Below, piece by piece: positions 1 through 14,439 of a stretch of 64,000 bases of DNA. Source of the stretch: Felis catus. Lineage: Eukaryota. A program made the position numbers and the translations under genes. Within the stretch, counting starts at the first letter, position 1; the number at the start of each line of letters is the position of its first letter. The stretch is from contig NC_058368.1 of assembly GCF_018350175.1 (NCBI RefSeq), forward strand, positions 144,772,001 through 144,836,000, read 5' to 3'. The notes under the pieces were generated by a model. The model had not been told where the DNA came from, did not search any database, and was given only the letters and a program-made list of their open reading frames with translations.

Positions 1-401
1 ATTAAAACCCCATACCATGGGGTTATTGTGAGGATTAAATGAAAACACCTGGCCTGAATCACAGTAGGTACACAAGACAAGCAAGCATTCATTCATTCAT
101 TCCTCCCTTCATTCGAGTTCAGTTTGGCTGGAATGTCAGGTGACATAGGAAATAGTAACACCAAAATTTAGGCATTGTTCTTGATAAAAGCTTTGTACCT
201 ACAGAATATCTACAAATACTGATGCAAGAAAATCATGAAATATTTCCTCTTCTCTCAGAATGTTTTATCATGATAGCATTAACCATGAAGTATTATTCTG
301 GCATCTATGCAAATGTAACACATGACCCCAAAGGTGTTTCACTTTAGTGATACTACATTGCCTCTTACATGGTATTAATCATAATCAGGTTTAGGCATTT
401 T

Positions 402-610
402 ATTTTATTTTAAAGTTTAATTTATTTTTGGGAGCGAGAGAGCAAGCAGGGGAGGAGCAGAGAGAGAGAAAGAGAGAGAGAGAATCCCAAGCAGGTTCCA
501 TGCTGTCAGTGCAGAGCCCAATGTGGGGCTTGAACCCAAGAATCATGAGATCATGACCTGAGGCAAGATCAAGAGCTGGACATTTAACCGACTGAGCCAT
601 CCAGGTGTCC
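402..610 (-). mobile_element. CanSINE (SINEC)
   Basis: Reverse of the ..TGGCTCAGTCGGTTAA..GGTCATGATCTC..(CT)n..poly-A SINE structure; flanked by caggtttag(g/c)catttt. Confidence 0.9.
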
Positions 611-626
611 CAGGTTTAGCCATTTT

Positions 627-840
627 ATTTTATTTTTAAATGTCTTCTTTGTTTTTGAGAGAGAGAGAAAGAGAGAGAAAACAAGTGGGGGAGGGGCAGA
701 AAGAGAAGGGAACAGAGGATCCAAAGCAGGCTCTGTGCTGAGAGCAGAGAGCTTGATGTGGGGCTCTAACTCATGAACCCTGAAATCATGACCTGAGCCA
801 AAGTCAGATGCTTAGCTGACTGAGCCACCCCAGTGCCCTC
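627..840 (-). mobile_element. CanSINE (SINEC)
   Basis: Same structure; flanked by aggtttag(c/t)catttt. Confidence 0.9.
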
Positions 841-1723
841 AAGGTTTAGTCATTTTAAAAATGAGCTTCTACTTCATCAAGATTAGGAAGTAAATGGTAA
901 CGTTTAATAAATAGGAAGCCCATCTCACCAATCTTTCCCTTTCAGCAAGATGCCCAGTGAGGCCCTAGAGTGCTATATGTGGCCCCAGGAGCTGGAACTT
1001 CTTGGAGGAGGGGGTGTGGCCTGAGTGTAATCAGACCCAGTCGGTGCAGGTGCCTTGCAATCCAGGAAAGGAGCAAGAATGGAAGAGGCCGGATTGGGAT
1101 GCAGGAGACAGACAGTAACAGAAGGAAGAGACTGAGGCTGACAGTGGGCCCTGATCAGACAGGAAAAGCTGGCAGGAATGCCTTTGACTTCAGTTACTCA
1201 CACAGCTTCGTCTCAGCTTCTCACCAGGGAGTGCTGCTTCACAGAAAAAGAAGGAACCGCTAATTAAATATCCAGAGTGGAAAGTGGGAAGACAATTAGG
1301 TAATCACTTTCTCAAGTACACTGAAGCTGTGTGCAAGCGTGTGGAATTCAAAGCCTGATGGATCTGGGTTCCAATTTGGGTTCTGTTGCTTTCCTGCCTG
1401 TGCAATCTTGGCAAGTCTCAGAACCTCTCTCGTTGAGTGGGAATAATATCAAACTTGAAGAGTTTTTTGGGAGGAGTACAACAGATGTGGGTAAAGCACA
1501 TTAACTCAATATAAATGCTAAACGAAGTATTAAGAAAATTTTTGTTTTTACGTCTCTCAGTAGCACTTGATGCAGTTTTCTGTGCAGGGCAAGTTTTAAA
1601 ACATTCTCTTTAATTAATAAGCAAGGGGTCATACGCTGGGCAATGGAGATGGACTGCAACATGGAGGTCATCTTTTACATGAAGTCAGGGTTGCTTAAGA
1701 AAATACTTTAAATGTATTCTTAC

Positions 1724-1857
1724 ACGAAATGAGGGTCCCACAAAGGTCTCTTGGTAAAGTCAGACAGGAGATGGTAAGTCAAGTGTGCTGGTCTTTCCAC
1801 ATGCTTTTCAACCCAAACAGATAAAAGGTCATGCTCTTCCAGGGTGTATATTTTTAT
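1724..1857 (-). CDS. ACOT12: ACOT12 exon 12 (START domain)
   Basis: acceptor atattttag|; IKIYTLEEHDLLSVWVEKHVERPAHLTYHLLSDFTKRPLWDPHFV; donor GT|gtaaga. Confidence 0.95.
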
Positions 1858-3224
1858 CTAAAATATAATAACAAGAAAAAATAAATTACAAAATAAAAAT
1901 GGATGTTTCCACTTTAAACACCACACACAGTCACAGGCTGATTGTGCTGGCCAAGGCATCTTGGCACCTGAATAACAATGAAGCCAAATGATGGCAATTT
2001 CCCTTCAAATACTTGGGTGTCTGGAGCTTAGACCACGGTGATATCCTCTGTGCCCTCTAAACAATATGTGACAGGTTAATTATTGTGCCACAGTCTTCTC
2101 TAGAAAAATGAAGAATGTAAGCATTTCTCTTTTTATCGCTTTGAGATATTTCCCTGACTCAAATAACGACAGAAAATATCACCAGGCTGATAGGCAACTC
2201 AGTGTTTCATCTCCCTTCAGACACCTGAGACACTTTCCCAGGTTGTCAGGCCTGCCAACGGGACCCAGAAAGCAGGCCACCACTTCTAGAACCAACTCAA
2301 CCTTGCAAAGGGTTGAAAGCACCATGCTTCTTCAGCACAAAGCATTCTTTCAATTGTGAATCGCAAGGGCTCATCCTCCTGAGAGCCAATTCCTGGGTTT
2401 CTAACGTTGTTATGCCTTAGATAAGAGGAGGCCTGTCTTGGGGAGCCATTTGACACATACTTAAAACAATACATATCCCCTACTACTCCAAACTCTCCTG
2501 CCATTGCACTTTCGATAATAATCAGAGATATGTGCTCAGCTAAGAGCACATTTCTATCCTGCCCATTTTCTCCATCTCTTTCAGGGTGCTTTGAAGTTGG
2601 TGTTGAAATGTGCCATCTTATAATCATCCCCATGGCAACAAGCTGTGAGAAGACAAACAAACAGAGGGTTAAGACTTCACTGCAAGAATCAAGCAGATGG
2701 ACAAGTCAGGCTGTGAGGGAGAAAACCTTTATTTAAACATAAATATCTTCAAGAGAATGAAGAAGTAAGAAACAGACTAAAAGCAGATTAGAAAGAAAGG
2801 GAGTATCAATTTGTTTACACACGTTAACTCTCCAGTTAGTTAACCTTTGTGCAAAGACCATCTTTAAATCAAGCCCACAGAGGAGGACATGGCCTGGGCC
2901 ATAGACACGTGAAACAGAAAGCCATGAATGCAGTTCCAGTGGGGGGCTGAGACTCACCCCAAAATGGCCATGCCTAACTTCGCTCCCCATACAGAAGAAG
3001 TAAAAGGAGGTTCCCTGGTGTAAATCCAGAAGGAAGTCATCTTATCAAAACTTGGTGGCCATGTGGCTCTAAGCCAGGTTTCTGGGTTCTATAGTCTCAG
3101 AGGGGGCAAGGGTAGGTGGCCAGGGTAAGTTCCTCACCTTCTGTCAGAATCAGACCTTGGGGCAGCCATAGTCTACACTGACGGAAGCAGTATGGAAAAG
3201 GATGTAATATTGGGCTAAGCACTT

Positions 3225-3681
3225 GCCAAGGGTTGAATTGTGTCTCCTCAAATTCATATGTTAAAATTCTCCCAGTACTTTAGAATGTGACCTTATTTGG
3301 AAACAGGGTCACTGCAGATATAATTAGTTAAGATGAGGTTATACTGCAGTAGGATGGCCCCTAATCCAATAATGACTGATGTTCTTATAAAAAGGGGAAT
3401 TTTGGATGCAGACATGCACACTGGGAGAACGCCATATGAAGATGAAGGCAGAAATCAGGTGACACATTTACAAGCCAAGGAACACCAAAGATTGCCAGCA
3501 AACCACCAGAAGCTACAAGAGAGGAGTGGAACAGATTCTTTCTCACTTCTTCAGAAGGAATTAATCCTGCCAGCACCTTGAACTCAAACTTCCAGCTTCC
3601 ATAACTGCGAGACAATACATTTCTGTTGTTAAGGCCACCCATTCTGTGGTACTGTTACAGGAGCCCTAGGAAATGATCACA
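3225..3681 (+). mobile_element. MaLR LTR (MLT1B/C-like)
   Basis: Hallmarks gaatgtgaccttatttggaaa, ccctaatccaat, caagccaaggaacacc, gagacaatacatttctgttg. Confidence 0.8.
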
Positions 3682-5831
3682 GTACTTTTTCAGGAAGCTG
3701 CTCCCCAGGTCACAGACACATACTGCTGCTTTCTATCCTGGAGCCAAGGCAAACACCAAGCCGAATAGCCACCATGAAACTGCCTCACACAGCTTGCTAC
3801 GCTTATCCAGTGCTGAGTACATTATCAGATGAGGGAATGATATTTTGATCCTTCTCCCAGAAGATGAAGGGAGCAGGAAGTCCTGCTCACTGCTGTGCTG
3901 TGGGAACCCATGACACTGATGTAGACAGAGCAGACGAGTAAAGGCAGCTGTTGGTGTTGATCTCTTTAAACCCTAGTATTTTAGAAAAGCCAACTTCTGC
4001 TTAGTGAAAAAATTCTCTAAGACCAACTCTTCAAGAAAACATGTTCTCTTTCATGCTCAGAAGAGTACAGGTTAAATTCCATCTGGAACCAACTCAAACA
4101 TTTTATCACTTGACGTCTGGCGAATTTTATTCTATGAAACAAAGCTGAAAGTAAATAAGCTCAAAATTGCTAACATTTTATAATGATACTGCTTTTTCAT
4201 TCTAATAAGATTCCGCTTAATGGATTTGGATATCTTATACAAACAGCACAGGAGGAAAGAGTATAATTTTAGAATTTTATACTATCTGTTGACCAATATG
4301 CTATGGAGACAACGTTGTGGAAAGGAGAACAGAACTGGTTTTTACAGAGGCCTCCGTGGTGAGAGGAAGTGACCTGACCTTCCCTGGGAACCCCCAGGGG
4401 CGAAGGGGAGGAGAACTGGTCAGGGGGAGCTGTGAGACCCGGACTCTCCCCAGATTCAGTCAGAACAGCTCCTCTGGTCTGTTTCCTGTACTCGGCTTTG
4501 TTCTGCGTAAAGGTTGCCAAGTAGTCCTTGCCATTCCGGCTTTCATCACAGCCTTTCCAGTACACTCTCAGCTGCCCCCTAAATAAAAGGCTACTCCCGT
4601 CAGGTCAGTCTCCTACCCATGCTGATTTCTACCACGACGACTGGAATCAAACTCCTCATTGCCTAGAGAGCCCCCTTCACCCTCCAGCAATCTACTTACA
4701 CTATCTTCAAGGAGAAAAGAATCACCCCCTCTCCAAAGTCCTCTGTAAATAACTGTCTTGCTTTACTTTGTTGAAGTGCCTAAGAGCTGACCTTTATGAT
4801 TTAAATATTATAATCTCTCACTTGTTTATAAACCACCTTAAAGTTACTCTTCAGCTGTTCCATGTGTATGTGTGATGTTACCCAAATAGACTGCAACTAC
4901 AAGCTCCTTTCAGGTGAGAGTACACATTTTGCTCCTTGTATTACTATACTATGATTAATTCCACGATCATACATAAAAATGAAATATGAGTTAAAGAATA
5001 AGTACTGCCCAATTACAGATATCAAAAATCTTACTTTTTTCCATTTAACTAATTTGTATCAAAAATAAGTATAGACTTTAAGCCCTGAAATAAATATGAT
5101 TCCTAACACATAATTGGAAGACTTATTCAACTAAAAGGTGACAGAAAAAAGTAAGAGAGCTGTATTTTAAAATTAAAAGGATACAAACACTTTAAAAAGT
5201 AGGAGAGAAGAGGAGGGTAACTCAGAAAGGAAAAAAAATCAAATTTTTATCATAAATACAATCTAAAGAATTGGAGGGCTTCAAATTCAACAGAAATGAC
5301 ATAAGAATGTTGCTTTAATTATATAATATCTTCTAAAGTATCCACACAAAAATTAAGAATTAATTATTGGTGGCTCTCCTTAGATATGAGCCAATACACC
5401 ATTTATTACTTTAGATTTATTTCTGGTCCCAAACTCCCAAAGAACTCAAGTTTTTATATATTATATGATTTCACAAAATGTGCGCTCTTCCTTCATTCCA
5501 GACACAAGTCTGCCCTTTCCAACACTGCTTAGATGCCAGCAATGATGCAAGAAACAGACTGCATGTTAGTAAAAGAAAACAAAGCCTTAAAGCATCTTTT
5601 ATGTGGGATAAAGAGAAGAAGATCATTTTATTACGTTTAACCTGTGTTTCTGCATCACTGAATTTGGTATACATGGAAACCTAACTGGATCCAAACAGGG
5701 TAAGAGAGACCCTGATAGGATTCAGAAGAAAAGATAAAAACACACTAAAAGCCAACAAACCAGAACAAAACACTGACAAAAGGTCAAGGTGAAAACAATC
5801 AGTAAAGTAGCATCTCAGTTTCCTTCAATTT

Positions 5832-5961
5832 TAGGGTAAGTGACCATATAATTTATTGCCCAAACTGGGCACTGAGGCATTATCAATATTTATGACAAGA
5901 CATCAGATGATGATGGAACAATCACCAATTATGATGGACAACCAGGAATATGGTCACCCCT
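5832..5961. mobile_element. hAT-Blackjack MITE (MER94-like)
   Basis: Inverted termini gtgaccatat...atatggtcaccc; internal ataatttattgcccaaactggg. Confidence 0.55.
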
Positions 5962-6799
5962 CTGGTAGGTGCTGCTGCTTCACTGATGCTGAACAACAGT
6001 ACACACTGAAATGTGAGCACAAAGAACTGGCATTACTGAGCCCGTCCTGAGTGCCTGGCACTGCTATGTTCTGGGACCATCTACAGCGGTGAGCTAAATG
6101 CCCACAGAGACCTTACAGTCTAGTCTAGTTGTGGGCATCAGCTTCAAAGGGTCTCCTAACCACTTCTGAAATGAGATAAAATTAGAATCCAAATTACATG
6201 TTTACTTAAATTTGATGACCTGCAAAATAGTATAAAAGGTGCTAAGAGAGACACAAAGAAGTCAAGACAAGGCTTCTTTCTTCAAAAGTTCATAATCTTG
6301 TTAGGGAAAAAGGCCATGTGTAAAAAGTTAAATTACTATGTAAGACATCAACATCAATTCAACGAAGCAGTGGAAGCACTGTCACAAGACAGGGCATAAT
6401 TGATTAACAAATTAATTTTGAAAAAGTAATTGCTAAGGGGGTTCCTCCAGGGAAGTTCCTTCAGTCAGGATGATAGGAATTGGCTTTGTGCAGAAAGCAT
6501 TTGTCCTGGTCTTGAAGACCAGGTTGGACTGAGGCAGATGGAGAGGAGAAAGAGAGAGGAGTGGAATATGACAACTAAGTTCAGAGGCAGGAATGTGTGG
6601 GGCAGCCTGGAGGACCACAAATCAACCGGCACGGAGCGGTAGATTCAGCCCTGGAAAGATACCTGCCTCTTAGAAATAGTTTCCCAGAAAGACTTTTTAC
6701 CTTCTTAAAAGCAGCAGTAGAAGCAGAACCACCACCAGCAGCATGACAACTTTCATTTGTGATGGACAGCAGGTTGTACATAGACTGGATGCCTCCTAC

Positions 6800-6883
6800 C
6801 TTTTCCACAGCACTGGTAACCTCCCAGCCACTCTTGGCTGCCAGATTTTTGAGAGCCTCCACATTGGCATTACTCAGGGATAC
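6800..6883 (-). CDS. ACOT12: ACOT12 exon 11 (entering the START domain)
   Basis: acceptor gtgttttag|; VSLSNANVEALKNLAAKSGWEVTSAVEK; donor AAG|gtagga. Confidence 0.95.
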
Positions 6884-7561
6884 CTAAAACACAAATATCG
6901 TAAAAGCTGAGAGTTCGGTCCACAGATATGTGATCAAACAGTTTCTGCTTAGAAAACGGGAACTGTTAGAGCCAAAGTGATAATGCTAAGCTCAGAACCA
7001 AGCTGTTGGTAACATAATTTGTCTCAAACACTTAATTCAGAATTCAGACAAAATAAAATGAGGCTGCATGCTTAGCAAATTAGTATCATTTTAATTGGTG
7101 TCCTGAGCAAAGACAACATAACCTTTCAGTATGACTTATAATCAACATGTAATCAGTAAACTTGGATCTCCTTTTATAATTTATGGGCAAAAACTTTAAA
7201 ATGACTAATACTTTGTTGTTGTGTTATAAAAATGCAAGCCGGAAGGCATGTCTTTTCAGCACAAATTATGGAGAGACACCGTATCTCAGTGTCATGCTGC
7301 TTGAATGCATTTGATGGCAGATCATTCTGAGTCTGTAGTTTGGAAACTGTACATGTAATTCAGACAGGGCACGGAAACTACTAGTCGGTAACCACTTACT
7401 AATAGTTTGGTTTTATTCTGAGATGATTGGTTGATATAATTTACCTTTTCATCTGACTTGTATAGGCACAACCTGAAGCAGTTAAACATGGGAACTTTCA
7501 TGTTTATAATGATACCATTTTCCCTTTTTACACGAAAAGCTCCAAATCATAAAACGGTTAC

Positions 7562-7625
7562 CTGGTTGCTTATGTCCCATTGTACACAAACTGGCACTTC
7601 TTCTTTGTGGGAAGTAACATATTTT
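7562..7625 (-). CDS. ACOT12: ACOT12 exon 10
   Basis: acceptor ttttttccag|; KYVTSHKEEVPVCVQWDISNQ; donor CAG|gtaacc. Confidence 0.94.
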
Positions 7626-7935
7626 CTGGAAAAAAATTAAAATGTTACTTAACATGTTATAATAATGTTATAATAATAAAGTTTTCTTCCCTGCATTTGG
7701 CACACAACAGTCACCATGACACTTTCTTGAACTGAAATCAGCAGTTTTAAAAGCTACTTTTACTAGTGGAACAATCAAGAAAAAAAAAATCTGTCACAGT
7801 TAGCCTCCAGTCAGAAAATATCAGACCGTCTCATGTTACATTATGTGGGAACAGACACCTAGAGAGGGGCCCTTTGCTGTATAATTTGTTAGATAAGAGA
7901 ACATAGCCTCAAATCCTTATGCCCACATCCCTTAC

Positions 7936-7991
7936 CTGCCTAGGCGAATTCTCTTGCGTGCAATAGCTCCACGATACCGTCTAAAATCATC
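7936..7991 (-). CDS. ACOT12: ACOT12 exon 9
   Basis: acceptor ttttattaaag|; DDFRRYRGAIARKRIRLGR; donor AG|gtaagg. Confidence 0.95.
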
Positions 7992-8444
7992 CTTTAATAA
8001 AAAACAAATTAAAATCAATACATTTCTAATTTAATGGCACAATCCTTAAGTGTCTCTCTCTGAATTCAGTTGAAAGGGCTAGTTGGAACACACGTGGTGT
8101 CTCTGTGTGAACTATACTCAATACCCACAAAGGGCAAGTGCATGGATAAAGACAACCTTTGCAGCCTGTTTTTTTTCCCTTTTTTAAAGTGGTGACTGTT
8201 ATCATTTCTGTTATCAGAATTATACATCTATCTCACTATACAGTTTTTAGAAAAGGTGAGGGTGGGCAGCAAGGCCCCTCTCAGATAGGGAGAAGATACA
8301 GTTCCATTGCATGTAGAGAACCATGGAGAGCTGGAGTAAAGAAGTGGGAGAAGAGAGTCAGAAATAGGACACGGAAGATGATGTTCTTCCCACAGCAGCA
8401 CATAGCGGAACAGAAGTGAGGTCTCCAGGGCCTCTATCATTCTA

Positions 8445-8939
<495 letters not shown>

Positions 8940-9644
8940 TTAAAATCCATTTCATCAGAGTGATGAATCTGATGCAGAAGCCCCTGGGAGAACTCGCACT
9001 TCACTTTCCCACCAAGTGGGAAAAAGGCCAGTTAGGAAGGACTTTCTATACCTTCATGAACGTATTTTGATAATGGGGAATGGGGGAGTTAATAGTGCCA
9101 AAGTCAAGTTTTCTCCCCTAAAGCTAACAGTTCCACATTAAAAAGCATCAAACACTAAAATTGGATAGGAAACATACTCTTTTTCACATTTTAAAAGACT
9201 TAAGGCAATTAAATCTTTTCATTGTGTATCAAGAAAAAAATAACTGGGAAGTGGTTCGGGCTTCATGGTGATAAATAACAGGTTCATTAGGAGTCAGCTG
9301 ACCATAAAGTCACTGGGACTCTTCTGAGAGTGAATAAAAGAGTAATAATTATGACAGGTACACACCAAGATGGTACTGGGTTAACTGGGAGTCACCCTTA
9401 TTATGAGACAAAAACCAACCCATCACAATTTACTAAGTGCAAAGAGGCTCCAAAAAGAAAACAGAGTTAAAATGAGTTGTCTATAGATGTTGAAGATGAG
9501 TGAAGTTAAAGAAAAAAAAAATTAGAAGGAACTTGGTTATTTTAAAGTAGTCCCTACACTTACCTCTACACTGAAATAAGAAAATTTATTCATTTGCAAG
9601 TTTGAATTTGTCCACAGCAGGCTAAGAGCACTAAAAATGCTTTA

Positions 9645-9809
<165 letters not shown>

Positions 9810-9863
9810 TCAAAGTATTTTCATGAACTGCTAATTTGCGTAACAAATGCAACAGACAAATAC

Positions 9864-10075
9864 TTTTTTTTAAATGTTTTTTAATTGTTTGTTTATATTT
9901 TGAGAGAGAGAGAGAGCAGGAGAGGAACAGAGAGACAGAGAGAGAGAATCTGAAGTAGGCTCCAGGCTCTGAGCTGTCAGCACAGAGCCCGACTCGGAGC
10001 TTGAACTCACAAGCCCTGAGTTCACAACCTGAGTCGAAGTTGGATGCTTAACTGACTGAGCTACCCAGGAGCCCC
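9864..10075 (-). mobile_element. CanSINE (SINEC)
   Basis: poly-T, (GA)n, ctccaggctctgagctgtcagcacagagccc, ends ccaggagcccc. Confidence 0.9.
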
Positions 10076-11366
10076 TCAGTGTGTTTTCTAAATAAACATC
10101 TTTTAACTCTTGTAAGAATGAAATGAGTAACTAGATTACATAAGTTGAGAGTGGGTCTGTACAATCCCTGCAAACATTTTGGAAAATACTATGTCCCCGA
10201 GCTGGAGGGTCTTTACTGAGATGCTTGGTGCTTCTGCTCTTGTGGTGACAGTCATGCTCTTGTTCTGTTCCCTATCTCAGTCCCTCTGAAAAACAAACTA
10301 AGGTCTTCTGTCCTCATTTGAGGGTTCTATTCATCCTGACAGCTCATGGCCACAATCACAGGAAGTTGTAACTCTCAGGTTGGAGGGGAGCACAGTGAAG
10401 GAAATACCAGCTAGTGCTATTCACACCAGTTTCTTAGCTTCAACTGAATTCACTCACATATCAAAAGACTCATATTTTTCCCTACTGGAAAATTACCTAG
10501 ATTGCTACACAAAGCCTGAAAGGCTACAAGGTACACATTTTACAATTTTGTGTGTGTTTGTGTGTGAAATTTTGAAATTTTGTAAAGTATATTTAATCTC
10601 AGAAAGTTACTTTGGTAATTTTCTACATTTTAGATCCCCACGGTAGTCATTCAATTACTCAAAGGAATTGTGCCAACACTATGTGAACAGATTCTGCCAC
10701 AGTTAATTATATTGTAAGCCTTACAAAAGAACAGGTTCAAATTCTTTATTGCCATTGAGAACGACAATCTCATTTTAAAAACAAGCTCTCTTATTTGCGC
10801 ATAACTTATAGGAAGGATTACTACAGGTTTCTAACTATGGTCACAATTATAGACATACTTATCATAAAATTCTTTTCATTTTGGGAAAATAAAATCTTAA
10901 CAATGTTCCATGGTTACAAGATTGTCAGTAGGGCAATTCCTGTTCAAATGCATTTTCCGAATACACAGTGTTCCTTAAAACTGCTCAACTGCCTACATGG
11001 TTCCATTAATAATAAAATACCTTTTTTTGAAACTGAGGAGTACTTAAAAGTATTCTTTCAAGTTCCTCTCTTTGTTATCTTATTTTTCAGTTAATCCTTT
11101 GGCCATAATGATTCTAACCAGCACCTTCAAAGGTCAAACCAAATTGTAAAGTGTCTTTTAAAAAGTTTGCAATTTGAGTATTTTTAAGTGTAAAGGTCGT
11201 CTTCCATTTCTATTCTGCATCCACCATGTCATAACTATCATTACAAGAAGCTGCAGTGTTACAAGATCAACATTTACAATTCAGAATAAAGTACTAGAAC
11301 TGTCATTTCATTTTTATTTTTGAGCCAAGAACATAAACATTCACCTTTAAACAAAAGGGCAGATTA

Positions 11367-11611
11367 GGGGCACCTGATCGGCTCAGCAGGTTAAGTGTCC
11401 GACTCTTGGTTTCAGCTCAGGTCATAATCTCGTGGTTTGTTGAGTTGGAGCCCCACACCCAGCTCCACATGCAGAGCCCGCTTGGGATTCCCTCTCTTTC
11501 ATTCTCTCTCTCTCTCTCCCTCCCTCTCTCTGCCCATTCTTTGCTCATGCTGTCTCTCTGTCTCTCTGTCTCTCTCTCTCTCAAAATAAATAAACTTAAA
11601 AAATGAAAAAA
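11367..11611 (+). mobile_element. CanSINE (SINEC)
   Basis: ggggcacctg start, (CT)n, poly-A; TSD aaaagg(g/a)cagatta at 11353-11366 and 11612-11625. Confidence 0.92.
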
Positions 11612-11756
11612 AAAAGGACAGATTAATCCTAGGGTAAACAGATAAATGACTTATTTTCTCATTTTAATAAATGGCAACACTCTCCTCTCCTTCTCTCCTA
11701 GCTCAATAACCAGGACTCAGACCCTTTCTGATCTCTCCCCACTGGACACAACATCA

Positions 11757-12008
<252 letters not shown>

Positions 12009-12149
12009 CTAGCTGTACCCTTAACTCATGGGATTTTTAGAAAAATTAAATTATTCCTGAAGACTTAAATCTCCTGAGGAAATAAACAGGTTTGATTCTA
12101 AAGAGTGACCTTCATGAATTCCAGGGAATTGGATAGCTGATTAGAAAGG

Positions 12150-12500
12150 CCCTTTTAGAGATTGTATTCCAATCTATCATACAAGTTCATTGGAATTTTG
12201 ATTAAAATAATGATTAAATTTAAACTTGAGTTGTTTGGAGTGGAGAAGGGGCAGATCAGTGTGGGGAAAGTCAGAAAGAAATTTGCGGGTTGATGGTATG
12301 CTACTATCTTGATTGTGGTGATGGTTTTATGGGTGTACACATCTCAAAACAAACTGTATACTTCAAATATGAGCACATGAATTTAGGGTATACCAGTTAT
12401 TATTTATAATTATAATAATTATTATGTTATTTATAACTGCGTTATGTATGCATAATATTATTTATGGTGCATCAATTATACCTCAATAAAGTTGTTAAAA
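12150..12500 (+). mobile_element. Old L1 3'-end fragment
   Basis: ctatcttgattgtggtgatggtt...catcaattatacctcaataaag, typical of L1M 3' termini. Confidence 0.6.
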
Positions 12501-13149
12501 TGAAAGGACTTTGAGCTATAAAGGGCCAAAGATAGAGAAAATCTGGAATAGTTTGCTCTAGTATAAACTTCAGAATGGGAATGTGGCCTCCATAGTTACT
12601 GTTTTGCAATGAATGCAGTCATGAACAGAAATGGCACAATGAGTTGTACTTCTCAGTGTCCTTCTGCTTCCTTCGAATCATATCTGCTTCATTTACTGAC
12701 AAATTGGTTTTTACTCTCAACAATGGAGAAATCATTTACTCTGGCTGCAAAGCAGTAAAATGTATTCAATTATGCGTCTTGCATCATCTAGTGAATCATC
12801 AGCTAGGCCTAAATCTTGTGTGCCTTTGTTGAGGAAGTAGAGGGAGGATTTACAAATCAGGGGGACCATCCCGGTTGTCCTGTCAGAGGCAGAGCTGAGC
12901 TTGCAGCCCAAGAGCATAGATTAGGCAGCTGTTGGGAACTGGCAATGGGGCCATTCTTGGCACAGTCACACATAAGTGAGCAGAGAAGTATGGCTACAAA
13001 GACCTGAACTGCATTTCCTCATGAAATTTTTAGATTTATAATTAATTGATGGTCTTTTAATTTTTTTCCCCTTCATTTCACTGATCATTTCAGTCTCCTA
13101 CTTGAAAACATGTCAGAAACTTCCAAAAACACCCTAGTACAAAAGCCCA

Positions 13150-13367
13150 GGGGCGCTTGGGTGGCTCAGTTGGTTAAGTGGCTGCCTTCAGCTTAGGTCA
13201 TGATCTCAAAGGCTCTGAGTTCAGGCCCCACATTGGGCTCTATGCTGACAACTCAGAGCTTAGAGCCTGCTTTAGATTCTGTGTCTCCTCTCTCAGTCCC
13301 TCCCCCACTCACACTCTGTCTCTGTCTCAAAAATAATTAAAACATTAAAACTAAATGAAAAATAAAT
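13150..13367 (+). mobile_element. CanSINE (SINEC)
   Basis: ggggcgcttgggtggctcag start; TSD aaaagccca. Confidence 0.92.
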
Positions 13368-13634
13368 AAAAGCCCAAATCCTTCCCTTGGCTAGGGAAGT
13401 CCTTCCTTCCTTGTCTGGTCTGTCTACTTCTCCAGTCCCAGCGAGTCTGATTGCGACTACTACCACTCTCCTCCCATCATATTCTCTTTCACTCTCTCTC
13501 TTTGTTCTCGCTATGAGGGCCTTTTTTCAGTCCTATAACTAAGTACTGTCTTCAACATCAGGGAATTTGCACATATTGTTTGCTCTATCAGCTGCACTAT
13601 CACATTCTTCCACTTATCTCTTATCCCCTATTTT

Positions 13635-14137
13635 TATAGGGGAGCAAATTTTGCCACCTCAAGATATGCCTCTTTGGCATGTTGCTTCTTTTAGGCTTAT
13701 TATTTTTAAGAAACCATAGAGAAGCTCTGAAAACCCAGTAGAAATTACCCTTTGGTAAGAGACATTTAAGTGTATAAGAAAAATCTCTTTTTGTAAGCGT
13801 ATTTCCCTTGCTGTACCAGAAAGAGGGGGATGACTGTAAATCTAGAAACTTACCAGAGAAGACAATGATTTAAATCTACAAAATAACCTTATCCTTGTTT
13901 ACTGTGCTTTCCTCGGTAACCTCCCATAACTGACCCACCACACCCAATATCATCTTTTTTCTTTGGCTTTGCCATTTCAATGAGTTACTCATTTTTTTCT
14001 GGATCTCTCCCATGTATATAGGCAGTATCCTGTAATTAAACTTTTGTTTGATTTTCTCCTGTTAATCTGTCTCATGACAATTTAATTCCCAGACCAGCTA
14101 GAAGAAGCATATAAAGTAAAACTTTTCCACCTCAACA
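13635..14137 (+). mobile_element. ERV1 solo LTR (MER34-like)
   Basis: Start tatagg..tttgccacctcaagatatgcctctttggcat; attaaa..ttttctcctgttaatctgtct; ends in CA. Confidence 0.65.
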
Positions 14138-14439
14138 CTATGTTGGCTCATCTCAGTCAACACTTCCTCAGGAAAGCCTTCCAGATCTAATAGCTAATTC
14201 CCATTTATGAGCTCACACATGCATCTTTCTTTTATAACTATACTTTTATTCTTCTTTGTGTGATCTTTGACCCGCTATATCCGAAGCTCCTTTGGACAAG
14301 AACTGATTTTCTTTTTAAATTCTAATATAATTCCTTAATATGAGCACTCAGTAAATATTTATTGAATGAATGAATGAATGAATGAACTTAATTTTGCTGA
14401 TTTATTCCACATTCATAGTCCTTGCTTTCAACAGAATTT

